Assembly (NCBI RefSeq): GCF_009914755.1
Contig: NC_060936.1
Direction: 5' to 3' (one strand)
DNA length: 64,000 nucleotides
Source: the human T2T-CHM13v2.0 reference genome, Homo sapiens
The position numbers were made by a program, and so were the translations under genes. A model generated the notes under the pieces. The model had not been told where the DNA came from. It saw only the letters and a program-made list of their open reading frames with translations, and searched no databases. Below are positions 25,001-39,600 of the stretch, piece after piece (positions within the stretch are counted from its first letter, which is position 1; each line of letters starts with the position of its first letter).

Positions 25001-25456
25001 CACAAATAGGGTGTTTCAAATCTGCTCTGTCTAAAGGAAGGTTCAACTCTGTGAGTTGAATACACACACCACAAATAAGTTACTGAGAATTCTTCTGTCG
25101 AACATTACTTGAAGAAATCCCTTTTCCAACGAAGGCCTCAAAGAGGTCCAAATATCCACTTGCAGACATTACAAACAGAGTGTTTCCAAACTGCTCCATC
25201 AAAAGAAAGGTTAAACTCTGTGAGCTGAACACACACATCAAAAAGAAGTTTCTGTGAATGATTCTGTCTAGATTTTATAAGAAGATGTTTCCTTTTCTAC
25301 CGTAGGCCTCAAAGCGCTTGAAATCTCCAGCTGCAAATTCCACAAAAAGGGTGTTTAACATCTGCTCTTCTAAAGGAAAGTTCAACTCAATGAGTTGAAT
25401 ACACACAGCAGAAAGAAGTTACTGAGACTTCTCCTATCAAACATTATATGAAGAAA

Positions 25457-28400
25457 TCCCGTTTCCAACGAAGGCCTCAAAGAGGTCCAAATATCTGCTT
25501 GCAGACTTTACAAAGACAGTGTCTCCAAACTCCTCCATCAAAAGAAAGGTTAAACTCCTTGAGTTGAACACACACATCACAAAGTAGTTTCTTTGAATGA
25601 TTCTGTCTAGTTTTTATACGAAGATGTTTCCTTTTCTACCTTTGGTCTCAAAGCGATTGAAATCTCCACATGGAAACTCCACAAAAAGAGTGTTTCAAAT
25701 CTGCTCTTTCTGAAGGAAGGTTCAACTCTGTGAGTTGAATACACACACCACAAATAAGTTACTGAGAATTCTTCTGTGTAACATTATATGAGGAAATCCC
25801 GTTTCCAACGAAGGCCTCAAAGAGGTCCAAATATCCACTTGCAGACTTTACAAAGACAGTGTCTCCAAACTCCTCCATCAAAAGAAAGGTTATACTCTGT
25901 GAATTGAACGCACACATCACAAAGTAGTTTCTGAGAATGATTCTGTCTAGTTTTTATACGAAGATATTTCCTTTTCTACATTTGGCCTAAAAGCGCTTGA
26001 AATCTCCACCTGCAAATATCACAAAAAGAGGGTTTCACATCTGCTCTGTCTAAAGGACAGTTCACCTCTGTGAGTTGAGTAGAGGCAACACAAAGAACTT
26101 ACTCAGTATTCTTCTTTCTAGCGTTCTATGAAGAAATCACGTTTCCAACGAAGGCCCCAAAGAGGTCCAAATATCTGCTTGCAGACTTTACAGACAGAGT
26201 GTTTCCAAACTACTCTATGAAAAGAAAGCTTAAACTTCTTGAGTTGAACGCACACATCACAAAGTAGTTTCTGAGAATGATTCTGTCTAGTTTTTATACG
26301 AAGATGTTTCCTTTTCTACATTTGGTCTCAAAGCGATTGAAATCTCCAACTGGAAACTGCACAAATAGGGTGTTTCAAATCTGCTCTGTCTAAAGGAAGG
26401 TTCAACTCTTTGAGTTGAATACACACACCACAAATAAGTTGCTGAGAATTCTTCTGTCGAACATTACTTGAAGAAATCCCGTTTCCAACGAAGGCCTCAA
26501 AGAGGTCCAAATATCGACTTGCAGACATTACAAACAGAGTGTTTCCAAACTGCTCCATCAAAAGAAAGGTTAAACTCTGTGAGCTGAACACACACATCAA
26601 AAAGAAGTTTCTGTGAATGATTCTGTCTAGATTTTATAAGAAGATGTTTCCTTTTCTACTGTAGGCCTCAAAGTGCTTGAAATCTCCAGCTGCAAATTCC
26701 ACAAAAAGGGTGTTTAACATCTGCTCTTCTAAAGGAAAGTTCAACTCAATGAGTTGAATACACACAGCCCAAAGAAGTTACTGAGACTTCTCCTATCAAA
26801 CATTATATGAAGAAATCCCGTTTCCAACGAAGGCCTCAAAGAGGTCCAAATATCTGCTTGCAGACTTTACAAAGACAGTGTCTCCAAACTCCTCCATCAA
26901 AAGAAAGGTTAAACTCCTTGAGTTGAACACACACATCACAAAGTAGTTTCTGAGAATGATTCTGTCTAGTTTTTATACGAAGATATTTCCTTTTCTACAT
27001 TTGGCCTAAAAGCGCTTGAAGTCTCCACCTGCAAATATCACAAAAAGAGGGTTTCACATCTGCTCTGTCTAAAGGACAGTTCACCTTTGTGAGTTGAATA
27101 GAGGCAACACAAAGAACTTACTCAGTATTCTTCTTTCTAGCGTTCTATGAAGAAATCCCGTTTCCAACGAAGGCCCCAAAGAGGTCCAAATATCTGCTTG
27201 CAGACTTTACAGACAGAGTGTTTCCAAACTACTCTATGAAAAGAAAGCTTAAACTCCTTGAGTTGAACGCACACATCACAAAGTAGTTTCTGAGAATGAT
27301 TCTGTCTAGTTTTTATACGAAGATGTTTCCTTTTCTACATTTGGTCTCAAAGCGATTGAAATCTCCAACTGGAAACTGCACAAATAGGGTGTTTCAAATC
27401 TGCTCTGTCTAAAGGAAGGTTCAACTCTGTGAGTTGAATACACACACCACAAATAAGTTACTGAGAATTCTTCTGTCGAACATTACTTGAAGAAATCCCG
27501 TTTCCAACGAAGGCCTCAAAGAGGTCCAAATATCCACTTGCAGACATTACAAACAGAGTGTTTCCAAACTGCTCCATCAAAAGAAAGGTTAAACTCTGTG
27601 AGCTGAACACACACATCAAAAAGAAGTTTCTGTGAATGATTCTGTCTAGATTTTATAAGAACATATTTCCTTTTCTACCGTAGGCCACAAAGCGCTTGAA
27701 ATCTCCAGCTGCAAATTCCACAAAAAGGGTGTTTAACATCTGCTCTTCTAAAGGAAAGTTCAACTCTATGAGTTGAATACACACAGCACAAAGAAGTTAC
27801 TGAGACTTCTCCTATCAAACATTATATGAAGAAATCCCGTTTCCAACGAAGGCCTCAAAGAGGTCCAAATATCCACTTGCAGACATTACAAACAGAGTGT
27901 TTCCAAACTGTTCCATCAAAAGAAAGATTAAACTCTGTGAGCTGAACACACACATGAAAAAGAAGTTTCTGTGAATGATTCTGTCTAGATTTTATACGAA
28001 GATGTTTCCTTTTCTACCTTTGGTCTCAATGCGATTGAAATCTCCACATGGAAACTCCACAAAAAGTGTGTTTGAAATCTGCTCTTTCTGAAGGAAGGTT
28101 CAACTCTGTGAGTTGAATAAACACACCACAAATAAGTTACTGAGAATTCTTCTGTGTAACATTATATGAGGAAATCCCGTTTCCAACGAAGGCCTCAAAG
28201 AGGTCCAAATATCCACTTGCAGACTTTACAAAGACAGTGTCTCCAAACTCCTCCATCAAAAGAAAGGTTATACTCTGTGAATTGAACGCACACATCACAA
28301 AGTAGTTTCTGAGAATGATTCTGTCTAGTTTTTATACGAAGATATTTCCTTTTCTACATTTGGCCTAAAAGCGCTTGAAATCTCCACCTGCAAATATCAC

Positions 28401-31400
28401 AAAAAGAGGGTTTCACATCTGCTCTGTCTAAAGGACAGTTCACCTCTGTGAGTTGAATAGAGGCAACACAAAGAACTTACTCAGTATTCTTCTTTCTAGC
28501 GTTCTATGAAGAAATCCCGTTTCCAACGAAGGCCCCAAAGAGGTCCAAATATCTGCTTGCCCACTTTACAGACAGAGTGTTTCCAAACTACTCTATGAAA
28601 AGAAAGCTTAAACTCCTTGAGTTGAACGCACACATCACAAAGTAGTTTCTGAGAATGATTCTGTCTAGTTTTTATACGAAGATGTTTCCTTTTCTACATT
28701 TGGTCTCAAAGCGATTGAAATCTCCAACTGGAAACTGCACAAATAGGGTGTTTCAAATCTGCTCTGTGTAAAGGAAGGTTCAACTCTGTGAGTTGAATAC
28801 ACACACCACAAATAAGTTACTGAGAATTCTTCTGTCGAACATTACTTGAAGAAATCCCGTTTCCAACGAAGGCCTCAAAGAGGTCCAAATATCCACTTGC
28901 AGACATTACAAACAGAGTGTTTCCAAACTGCTCCATCAAAAGAAAGGTTAAACTCTGTGAGCTGAACACACACATCAAAAAGAAGTTTCTGTGAATGATT
29001 CTGTCTAGATTTTATAAGAAGATGTTTCCTTTTCTACCGTAGGCCTCAAAGCGCTTGAAATCTCCACCTGCAAATTCCACAAAAAGGGTGTTTAACTTCT
29101 GCTCTTCTAAAGGAAAGTTCAACTCTATGCGTTGAATACACACAGCACAAAGAAGTTACTGAGACTTCTCCTATCAAACATTATATGAAGAAATCCCGTT
29201 TCCAACGAAGGCCTCAAAGAGGTCCAAATATCTGCTTGCAGACTTTACAGACAGAGTGTTTCCAAACTGCTCCATCAAAAGAAAGGTTAAACTCCTTGAG
29301 TTGAACACACACATCACAAAGTAGTTTCTGTGAATGATTCTGTCTAGTTTTTATACGAAGATGTTTCCTTTTCTACCTTTGGTCTCAATGCGATTGAAAT
29401 CTCCACATGGAAACTCCTCAAAAAGAGTGTTTCAAATCTGCTCTTTCTGAAGGAAGGTTCAACTCTGTGAGTTGAATACACACACCACAAATAAGTTACT
29501 GAGAATTCTTCTGTGTAACATTATATGAGGAAATCCCGTTTCCAACGAAGGCCTCAAAGAGGTCCAAATATCCACTTGCAGACTTTACAAAGACAGTGTC
29601 TCCAAACTCCTCCATCAAAAGAAAGGTTATACTCTGTGAATTGAACGCACACATCACAAAGTAGTTTCTGAGAATGATTCTGTCTAGTTTTTATACGAAG
29701 ATATTTCCTTTTCTACATTTGGCCTAAAAGCGCTTGAAACCTCCACCTGCAAATATCACAAAAAGAGGGTTTCACATCTGCTCTGTCTAAAGGACAGTTC
29801 ACCTCTATGAGTTGAATAGAGGCAACACAAAGAACTTACTCAGTATTCTTCTTTCTTGCGTTCTATGAAGAAATCCCGTTTCCAACGAAGGCCCCAAAGA
29901 GGTCCAAATATCTGCTTGCACACTTTACAGACAGAGTGTTTCCAAACTACTCTATGAAAAGAAAGCTTAAACTCCTTGAGTTGAACGCACACATCACAAA
30001 GTAGTTTCTGAGAATGATTCTGTCCAGTTTTTATACGAAGATGTTTCCTTTTCTACATTTGGTCTCAAAGCGATTGAAATCTCCAACTGGAAACTGCACA
30101 AATAGGGTGTTTCAAATCTGCTCTGTCTAAAGGAAGGTTCAACTCTGTGAGTTGAATACACACACCACAAATAAGTTACTGAGAATTCTTGTGTCGAACA
30201 TTACTTGAAGAAATCCCGTTTCCAACGAAGGCCTCAAAGAGGTCCAAATATTCACTTGCAGATATTACAAACAGAGTGTTTCCAAACTGCTCCATCAAAA
30301 GAAAGGTTAAACTCTGTGAGCTGAACACACACATCAAAAAGAAGTTTCTGTGAATGATTCTGTCAAGATTTTATAAGATGTTTCCATTTCTACCGTAGGA
30401 CTCAAAGCGCTTGAAATCTCCAGCTGCAAATTCCACAAAAAGGGTGTTTAACATCTGCTCTTCTAAAGGAAAGTTCAACTCTATGAGTTGAATACACACA
30501 GCACAAAGAAGTTACTGAGACTTCTCCTATCAAACATTATATGAAGAAATCCCGTTTCCAACGAAGGCCTCAAAGAGGTCCAAATATCTGCTTGCAGACT
30601 TTAAAGACAGAGTTTTTCCAAACTGCTCCATCAAAAGAAAGGTTAAACTCCTTGAGTTGAACACACACATCACAAAGTAGTTTCTGTGAATGATTCTGTC
30701 TAGTTTCTATACGAAGATGTTTCCTTTTCTACCTTTGGTCTCAAAGCGATTGAAATCTCCACATGGAAACTCCACAAAAAGAGTGTTTCAAATCTGCTCT
30801 TTCTGAAGGAAGGTTCAACTCTGTGAGTTGAATACACACACCACAAATAAGTTACTGAGAATTCTTCTGTGTAACATTATATGAGGAAATCCCGTTTCCA
30901 ACGAAGGCCTCAAAGAGGTCCAAATATCCACTTGCAGACTTTACAAAGACAGTGTCTCCAAACTCCTCCATCAAAAGAAAGGTTATACTCTGTGAATTGA
31001 ACGCACACATCACAAAGTAGTTTCTGAGAATGATTCTGTCTAGTTTTTATACGAAGATATTTCCTTTTCTACATTTGGCCTAAAAGCGCTTGAAATCTCC
31101 ACCTGCAAATATCACAAAAAGAGGGTTTCACATCTGCTCTGTCTAAAGGACAGTTCACCTCTGTGAGTTGAGTAGAGGCAACACAAAGAACTTACTCAGT
31201 ATTCTTCTTTCTAGCGTTCTATGAAGAAATCACGTTTCCAACGAAGGCCCCAATGAGGTCCAAATATCTGCTTGCAGACTTTACAGACAGAGTGTTTCCA
31301 AACTACTCTATGAAAAGAAAGCTTAAACTTCTTGAGTTGAACGCACACATCACAAAGTAGTTTCTGAGAATGATTCTGTCTAGTTTTTATACGAAGATGT

Positions 31401-34400
31401 TTCCTTTTCTACATTTGGTCTCAAAGCGATTGAAATCTCCAACTGGAAACTGCACAAATAGGGTGTTTCAAATCTGCTCTGTCTAAAGGAAGGTTCAACT
31501 CTTTGAGTTGAATACACACACCACAAATAAGTTACTGAGAATTCTTCTGTCGAACATTACTTGAAGAAATCCCGTTTCCAACGAAGGCCTCAAAGAGGTC
31601 CAAATATCCACTTGCAGACATTACAAACAGAGTGTTTCCAAACTGCTCCATCAAAAGAAAGGTTAAACTCTGTGAGCTGAACACACACATCAAAAAGAAG
31701 TTTCTGTGAATGATTCTGTCTAGATTTTATAAGAAGATGTTTCCTTTTCTACCGTAGGCCACAAAGTGCTTGAAATCTCCAGCTGCAAATTCCACAAAAA
31801 GGGTGTTTAACATCTGCTCTTCTAAAGGAAAGTTCAACTCAATGAGTTGAATACACACAGCCCAAAGAAGTTACTGAGACTTCTCCTATCAAACATTATA
31901 TGAAGAAATCCCGTTTCCAACGAAGGCCTCAAAGAGGTCCAAATATCTGCTTGCAGACTTTACAAAGACAGTGTCTCCAAACTCCTCCATCAAAAGAAAG
32001 GTTATACTCTGTGAATTGAACGCACACATCACAAAGTAGTTTCTGAGAATGATTCTGTCTAGTTTTTATACGAAGATATTTCCTTTTCTACATTTGGCCT
32101 AAAAGCGCTTGAAGTCTCCACCTGCAAATATCACAAAAAGAGGGTTTCACATCTGCTCTGTCTAAAGGACAGTTCACCTTTGTGAGTTGAATAGAGGCAA
32201 CACAAAGAACTTACTCAGTATTCTTCTTTCTAGCGTTCTATGAAGAAATCCCGTTTCCAACGAAGGCCCCAAAGAGGTCCAAATATCTGCTTGCAGACTT
32301 TACAGACAGAGTGTTTCCAAACTACTCTATGAAAAGAAAGCTTAAACTCCTTGAGTTGAACGCACACGTCACAAAGTAGTTTCTGAGAATGATTCTGTCT
32401 AGTTTTTATGCGAAGATGTTTCCTTTTCTACATTTGGTCTCAAAGCGATTGAAATCTCCAACTGGAAACTGCACAAATAGGGTGTTTCAAATCTGCTCTG
32501 TCTAAAGGAAGGTTCAACTCTGTGAGTTGAATACACACACCACAAATAAGTTACTGAGAATTCTTCTGTCGAACATTACTTGAAGAAATCCCGTTTCCAA
32601 CGAAGGCCTCAAAGAGGTCCAAATATCCACTTGCAGACATTACAAACAGAGTGTTTCCAAACTGCTCCATCAAAAGAAAGGTTAAACTCTGTGAGCTGAA
32701 CACACACATCAAAAAGAAGTTTCTGTGAATGATTCTGTCAAGATTTTATAAGATGTTTCCATTTCTACCGTAGGACTCAAAGCGCTTGAAATCTCCAGCT
32801 GCAAATTCCACAAAAAGGGTGTTTAACATCTGCTCTTCTAAAGGAAAGTTCAACTCTATGAGTTGAATACACACAGCACAAAGAAGTTACTGAGACTTCT
32901 CCTATCAAACATTATATGAAGAAATCCCGTTTCCAACGAAGGCCTCAAAGAGGTCCAAATATCTGCTTGCAGACTTTAAAGACAGAGTTTTTCCAACCTG
33001 CTCCATCAAAAGAAAGGTTAAACTCCTTGAGTTGAACACACACATCACAAAGTAGTTTCTGTGAATGATTCTGTCTAGTTTTTATACGAAGATGTTTCCT
33101 TTTCTACCTTTGGTCTCAAAGCGATTGAAATCTCCACATGGAAACTCCACAAAAAGAGTGTTTCAAATCTGCTCTTTCTGAAGGAAGGTTCAACTCTGTG
33201 AGTTGAATACACACACCACAAATAAGTTACTGAGAATTCTTCTGTGTAACATTATATGAGGAAATCCCGTTTCCAACGAAGGCCTCAAAGAGGTCCAAAT
33301 ATCCACTTGCAGACTTTACAAAGACAGTGTCTCCAAACTCCTCCATCAAAAGAAAGGTTATACTCTGTGAATTGAACGCACACATCACAAAGTAGTTTCT
33401 GAGAATGATTCTGTCTAGTTTTTATACGAAGATATTTCCTTTTCTACATTTGGCCTAAAAGCGCTTGAAATCTCCACCTGCAAATATCACAAAAAGAGGG
33501 TTTCACATCTGCTCTGTCTAAAGGACAGTTCACCTCTGTGAGTTGAGTAGAGGCAACACAAAGAACTTACTCAGTATTCTTCTTTCTAGCGTTCTATGAA
33601 GAAATCACGTTTCCAACGAAGGCCCCAAAGAGGTCCAAATATCTGCTTGCAGACTTTACAGACAGAGTGTTTCCAAACTACTCTATGAAAAGAAAGCTTA
33701 AACTTCTTGAGTTGAACGCACACATCACAAAGTAGTTTCTGAGAATGATTCTGTCTAGTTTTTATACGAAGATGTTTCCTTTTCTACATTTGGTCTCAAA
33801 GCGATTGAAATCTCCAACTGGAAACTGCACAAATAGGGTGTTTCAAATCTGCTCTGTCTAAAGGAAGGTTCAACTCTTTGAGTTGAATACACACACCACA
33901 AATAGGTTACTGAGAATTCTTCTGTCGAACATTACTTGAAGAAATCCCGTTTCCAACGAAGGCCTCAAAGAGGTCGAAATATCGACTTGCAGACATTACA
34001 AACAGAGTGTTTCCAAACTGCTCCATCAAAAGAAAGGTTAAACTCTGTGAGCTGAACACACACATCAAAAAGAAGTTTCTGTGAATGATTCTGTCTAGAT
34101 TTTATAAGAAGATGTTTCCTTTTCTACCGTAGGCCTCAAAGTGCTTGAAATCTCCAGCTGCAAATTCCACAAAAAGGGTGTTTAACATCTGCTCTTCTAA
34201 AGGAAAGTTCAACTCAATGAGTTGAATACACACAGCCCAAAGAAGTTACTGAGACTTCTCCTATCAAACATTATATGAAGAAATCCCGTTTCCAACGAAG
34301 GCCTCAAAGAGGTCCAAATATCTGCTTGCAGACTTTACAAAGACAGTGTCTCCAAACTCCTCCATCAAAAGAAAGGTTATACTCTGTGAATTGAACGCAC

Positions 34401-36322
34401 ACATCACAAAGTAGTTTCTGAGAATGATTCTGTCTAGTTTTTATACGAAGATATTTCCTTTTCTACATTTGGCCTAAAAGCGCTTGAAGTCTCCACCTGC
34501 AAATATCACAAAAAGAGGGTTTCACATCTGCTCTGTCTAAAGGACAGTTCACCTTTGTGAGTTGAATAGAGGCAACACAAAGAACTTACTCAGTATTCTT
34601 CTTTCTAGCGTTCTATGAAGAAATCCCGTTTCCAACGAAGGCCCCAAAGAGGTCCAAATATCTGCTTGCAGACTTTACAGACAGAGTGTTTCCAAACTAC
34701 TCTATGAAAAGAAAGCTTAAACTCCTTGAGTTGAACGCACACATCACAAAGTAGTTTCTGAGAATGATTCTGTCTAGTTTTTATACGAAGATGTTTCCTT
34801 TTCTACATTTGGTCTCAAAGCGATTGAAATCTCCAACTGGAAACTGCAGAAATAGGGTGTTTCAAATCTGCTCTGTCTAAAGGAAGGTTCAACTCTGTGA
34901 GTTGAATACACACACCACAAATAAGTTACTGAGAATTCTTCTGTCGAACATTACTTGAAGAAATCCCGTTTCCAACGAAGGCCTCAAAGAGGTCCAAATA
35001 TCCACTTGCAGACATTACAAACAGAGTGTTTCCAAACTGCTCCATCAAAAGAAAGGTTAAACTCTGTGAGCTGAACACACACATCAAAAAGAAGTTTCTG
35101 TGAATGATTCTGTCTAGATTTTATAAGAAGATATTTCCTTTTCTACCGTAGGCCACAAAGCGCTTGAAATCTCCAGCTGCAAATTCCACAAAAAGGGTGT
35201 TTAACATCTGCTCTTCTAAAGGAAAGTTCAACTCTATGCGTTGAATACACACAGCACAAAGAAGTTACTGAGACTTCTCCTATCAAACATTATATGAAGA
35301 AATCCCGTTTCCAACGAAGGCCTCAAAGAGGTCCAAATATCTGCTTGCAGACTTTAAAGACAGAGTTTTTCCAAACTGCTCCATCAAAAGAAAGGTTAAA
35401 CTCCTTGAGTTGAACACACACATCACAAAGTAGTTTCTGTGAATGATTCTGTCTAGTTTTTATACGAAGATGTTTCCTTTTCTACCTTTGGTCTCAAAGC
35501 GATTGAAATCTCCACATGGAAACTCCACAAAAAGAGTGTTTCAAATCTGCTCTTTCTGAAGGAAGGTTCAACTCTGTGAGTTGAATACACACACCACAAA
35601 TAAGTTACTGAGAATTCTTCTGTGTAACATTATATGAGGAAATCCCGTTTCCAACGAAGGCCTCAAAGAGGTCCAAATATCCACTTGCAGACTTTACAAA
35701 GACAGTGTCTCCAAACTCCTCCATCAAAAGAAAGGTTATACTCTGTGAATTGAACGCACACATCACAAAGTAGTTTCTGAGAATGATTCTGTCTAGTTTT
35801 TATACGAAGATATTTCCTTTTCTACATTTGGCCTAAAAGCTCTTGAAATCTCCACCTGCAAATATCACAAAAAGAGGGTTTCACATCTGCTCTGTCTAAA
35901 GGACAGTTCACCTCTGTGAGTTGAGTAGAGGCAACACAAAGAACTTACTCAGTATTCTTCTTTCTAGCGTTCTATGAAGAAATCACGTTTCCAACGAAGG
36001 CCCCAATGAGGTCCAAATATCTGCTTGCAGACTTTACAGACAGAGTGTTTCCAAACTACTTTATGAAAAGAAAGCTTAAACTTCTTGAGTTGAACGCACA
36101 CATCACAAAGTAGTTTCTGAGAATGATTCTGTCTAGTTTTTATACGAAGATGTTTCCTTTTCTACATTTGGTCTCAAAGCGATTGAAATCTCCAACTGGA
36201 AACTGCACAAATAGGGTGTTTCAAATCTGCTCTGTCTAAAGGAAGGTTCAACTCTTTGAGTTGAATACACACACCACAAATAAGTTACTGAGAATTCTTC
36301 TGTCGAACATTACTTGAAGAAA
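25457..36322 (-). repeat. Local subfamily of 14-mer (ABCD+BCD, 2375-2378 bp) variant units
   Basis: Units at 25457-27834, 30550-32924 and 32925-35302, plus a partial unit from 35303. They share gagtagagg, the aatcacgttt box, aaacttcttg and ctctttgag; the full units also share cagcccaaag, gaagtctcc and cacctttgtg. Confidence 0.87.
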
Positions 36323-36661
36323 TCCCGTTTCCAACGAAGGCCTCAAAGAGGTCCAAATATCCACTTGCAGACATTACAAACAGAGTGTTTCCAAACTGCT
36401 CCATCAAAAGAAAGGTTAAACTCTGTGAGCTGAACACACACATCAAAAAGAAGTTTCTGTGAATGATTCTGTCTAGATTTTATAAGAAGATGTTTCCTTT
36501 TCTACCGTAGGCCTCAAAGCGCTTGTAATCTCCAGCTGCAAATTCCACAAAAAGGGTGTTTAACATCTGCTCTTCTAAAGGAAAGTTCAACTCTATGAGT
36601 TCAATACACACAGCACAAAGAAGTTACTGAGACTTCTCCTATCAAACATTATATGAAGAAA

Positions 36662-39600
36662 TCCCGTTTCCAACGAAGGCCTCAAAGAGGTCCAAATATC
36701 CACTTGCAGACATTACAAACAGAGTGTTTCCAAACTGCTCCATCAAAAGAAAGGTTAAACTCTGTGAGCTGAACACACACATCAAAAAGAAGTTTCTGTG
36801 AATGATTCTGTCTAGATTTTGTAAGAAGATGTTTCCTTTTCTACCGTAGGCCTCAAAGCGCTTGAAATCTCCAGCTGCAAATTCCACAAAAAGGGTGTTT
36901 AACATCTGCTCTTCTAAAGGAAAGTTCAACTCTATGAGTTGAATACACACAGCACAAAGAAGTTACTGAGACTTCTCCTATCAAACATTATATGAAGAAA
37001 TCCCGTTTCTAACGATGGCCTGAAAGAGGTCCAAATATCTGCTTGCAGACTTTACAAAGACAGTGTCTCCAAACTCCTCCATCAAAAGAAAGGTTATACT
37101 CTGTGAATTGAACGCACACATCACAAAGTAGTTTCTGTGAATGATTCTGTCTAGTTTTTATACGAAGATATTTCCTTTTCTACATTTGGCCTAAAAGCGC
37201 TTGAAATCTCCACCTGCAAATATCACAAAAAGAGGGTTTCACATCTGCTCTCTCTAAAGGACAGTTCGCCTCTGTGAGTTGAATAGAGGCAACACAAAGA
37301 ACTTACTCAGTATTCTTCTTTCTAGCGTTCTATGAAGAAATCCCGTTTCCAATGAAGGCCCCAAAGACGTCCAAATATCTGCTTGCAGACTTTACAGACA
37401 GAGTGTTTCCAAACTACTCTATGAAAAGAAAGCTTAAACTCCTTGAGTTGAACGCACACATCACAAAGTAGTTTCTGAGAATGATTCTGTCTAGTTTTTA
37501 TACGAAGATGTTTCCTTTTCTACATTTGGTCTCAAAGCGATTGAAATCTCCAACTGGAAACTGCACAAATAGGGGGTTTCAAATCTGCTCTGTCTAAAGG
37601 AAGGTTCAACTCTGTGAGTTGAATACACACAGCACAAATAAGTTACTGAGAATTCTTCTGTCGAACATTACTTGAAGAAATCCCGTTTCCAACGAAGGCC
37701 TCAAAGAGGTCCAAATATCCACTTGCAGACATTACAAACAGAGTGTTTCCAAACTGCTCCATCAAAAGAAAGGTTAAACTCTGTGAGCTGAACACACACA
37801 TCAAAAAGAAGTTTCTGTGAATGATTCTGTCTAGATTTTATAAGAAGATGTTTCCTTTTCTACCGTAGGCCTCAAAGCGCTTGAAATCTCCAGCTGCAAA
37901 TTCCACAAAAAGGGTGTTTAACATCTGCTCTTCTAAAGGAAAGTTCAACTCTATGAGGTGAATACACACAGCACAAAGAAGTTACTGAGACTTCTCCTAT
38001 CAAACATTATATGAAGAAATCCCGTTTCCAACGAAGGCCTCAAAGAGGTCCAAATATCTGCTTGCAGACTTTACAGACAGACTTTTTCCAAACTGCTCCA
38101 TCAAAAGAAAGGTTAAACTCCTTGAGTTGAACACACACATCACAAAGTAGTTTCTGTGAATGATTCTGTCCAGTTTTTATACGAAGATGTTTCCTTTTCT
38201 ACCTTTGGTCTCAAAGCGATTGAAATCTCCACATGGAAACTCCACAAAAAGAGTGTTTCAAATCTGCTCTTTCTGAAGGAAGGTTCAACTCTGTGAGTTG
38301 AATACACACACCACAAATAAGTTACTGAGAATTCTTCTGTGTAACATTATATGAGGAAATCCCGTTTCCAACGAAGGCCTCAAAGAGGTCCAAATATCCA
38401 CTTGCAGACTTTACAAAGACAGTGTCTCCAAACTCCTCCATCAAAAGAAAGGTTATACTCTGTGAATTGAACGCACACATCACAAAGTAGTTTCTGAGAA
38501 TGATTCTGTCTAGTTTTTATACGAAGATATTTCCTTTTCTACATTTGGCCTAAAAGCGCTTGAAATCTCCACCTGCAAATATCACAAAAAGAGGGTTTCA
38601 CATCTGCTCTGTCTAAAGGACAGTTCACCTCTGTGAGTTGAATAGAGGCAACACAAAGAACTTACTCAGTATTCTTCTTTCTAGCGTTCTATGAAGAAAT
38701 CCCGTTTCCAACGAAGGCCCCAAAGAGGTCCAAATATCCGCTTGCAGACTTTACAGACAGAGTGTTTCCAAACTGCTCCATCAAAAGAAAGGTTAAACTC
38801 CTTGAGTTGAACACACACATCACAAAGTAGTTTCTGTGAATGATTCTGTCTAGTTTTTATACGAAGATGTTTCCTTTTCTACCTTTGGTCTCAAAGCGAT
38901 TGAAATCTCCACATGGAAACTCCACAAAAAGAGTGTTTCAAATCTGCTCTTTCTGAAGGAAGGTTCAACTCTGTGAGTTGAATACACACATCACAAATAA
39001 GTTAATGAGAATTCTTCTGTGTAACATTATATGAGGAAATCCCGTTTCCAACGAAGGCCTCAAAGAGGTCCAAATATCCACATGCAGACTTTACAAAGAC
39101 AGTGTCTCCAAACTCCTCCATCAAAAGAAAGGTTATACTCTGTGAATTGAACGCACACATCACAAAGTAGTTTCTGAGAATGATTCTGTCTAGTTTTTAT
39201 ACGAAGATATTTCCTTTTCTACATTTGGCCTAAAAGCGCTTGAAATCTCCACCTGCAAATATCACAAAAAGAGGGTTTCACATCTGCTCTGTCTAAAGGA
39301 CAGTTCACCTCTGTGAGTTGAATAGAGGCAACACAATGAACTTACTCAGTATTCTTCTTTCTAGCGTTCTATGAAGAAATCCCGTTTCCAACGAAGGCCT
39401 CAATGAGGTCCAAATATCTGCTTGCAGACTTTACAGACAGAGTGTTTCCAAACTACTCTATGAAAAGAAAGCTTAAACTCCTTGAGTTGAACGCACACAT
39501 CACAAAGTAGTTTCTGAGAATGATTCTGTCTAGTTTTTATACGAAGATGTTTCCTTTTCTACATTTGGTCTCAAAGCGATTGAAATCTCCAACTGGAAAC

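Noticed and set aside
26328-26600. 90-aa minus-strand ORF
   Set aside because: Same satellite reading frame, extended by a chance variant (ttactg to ttgctg) that removes a stop; not coding.
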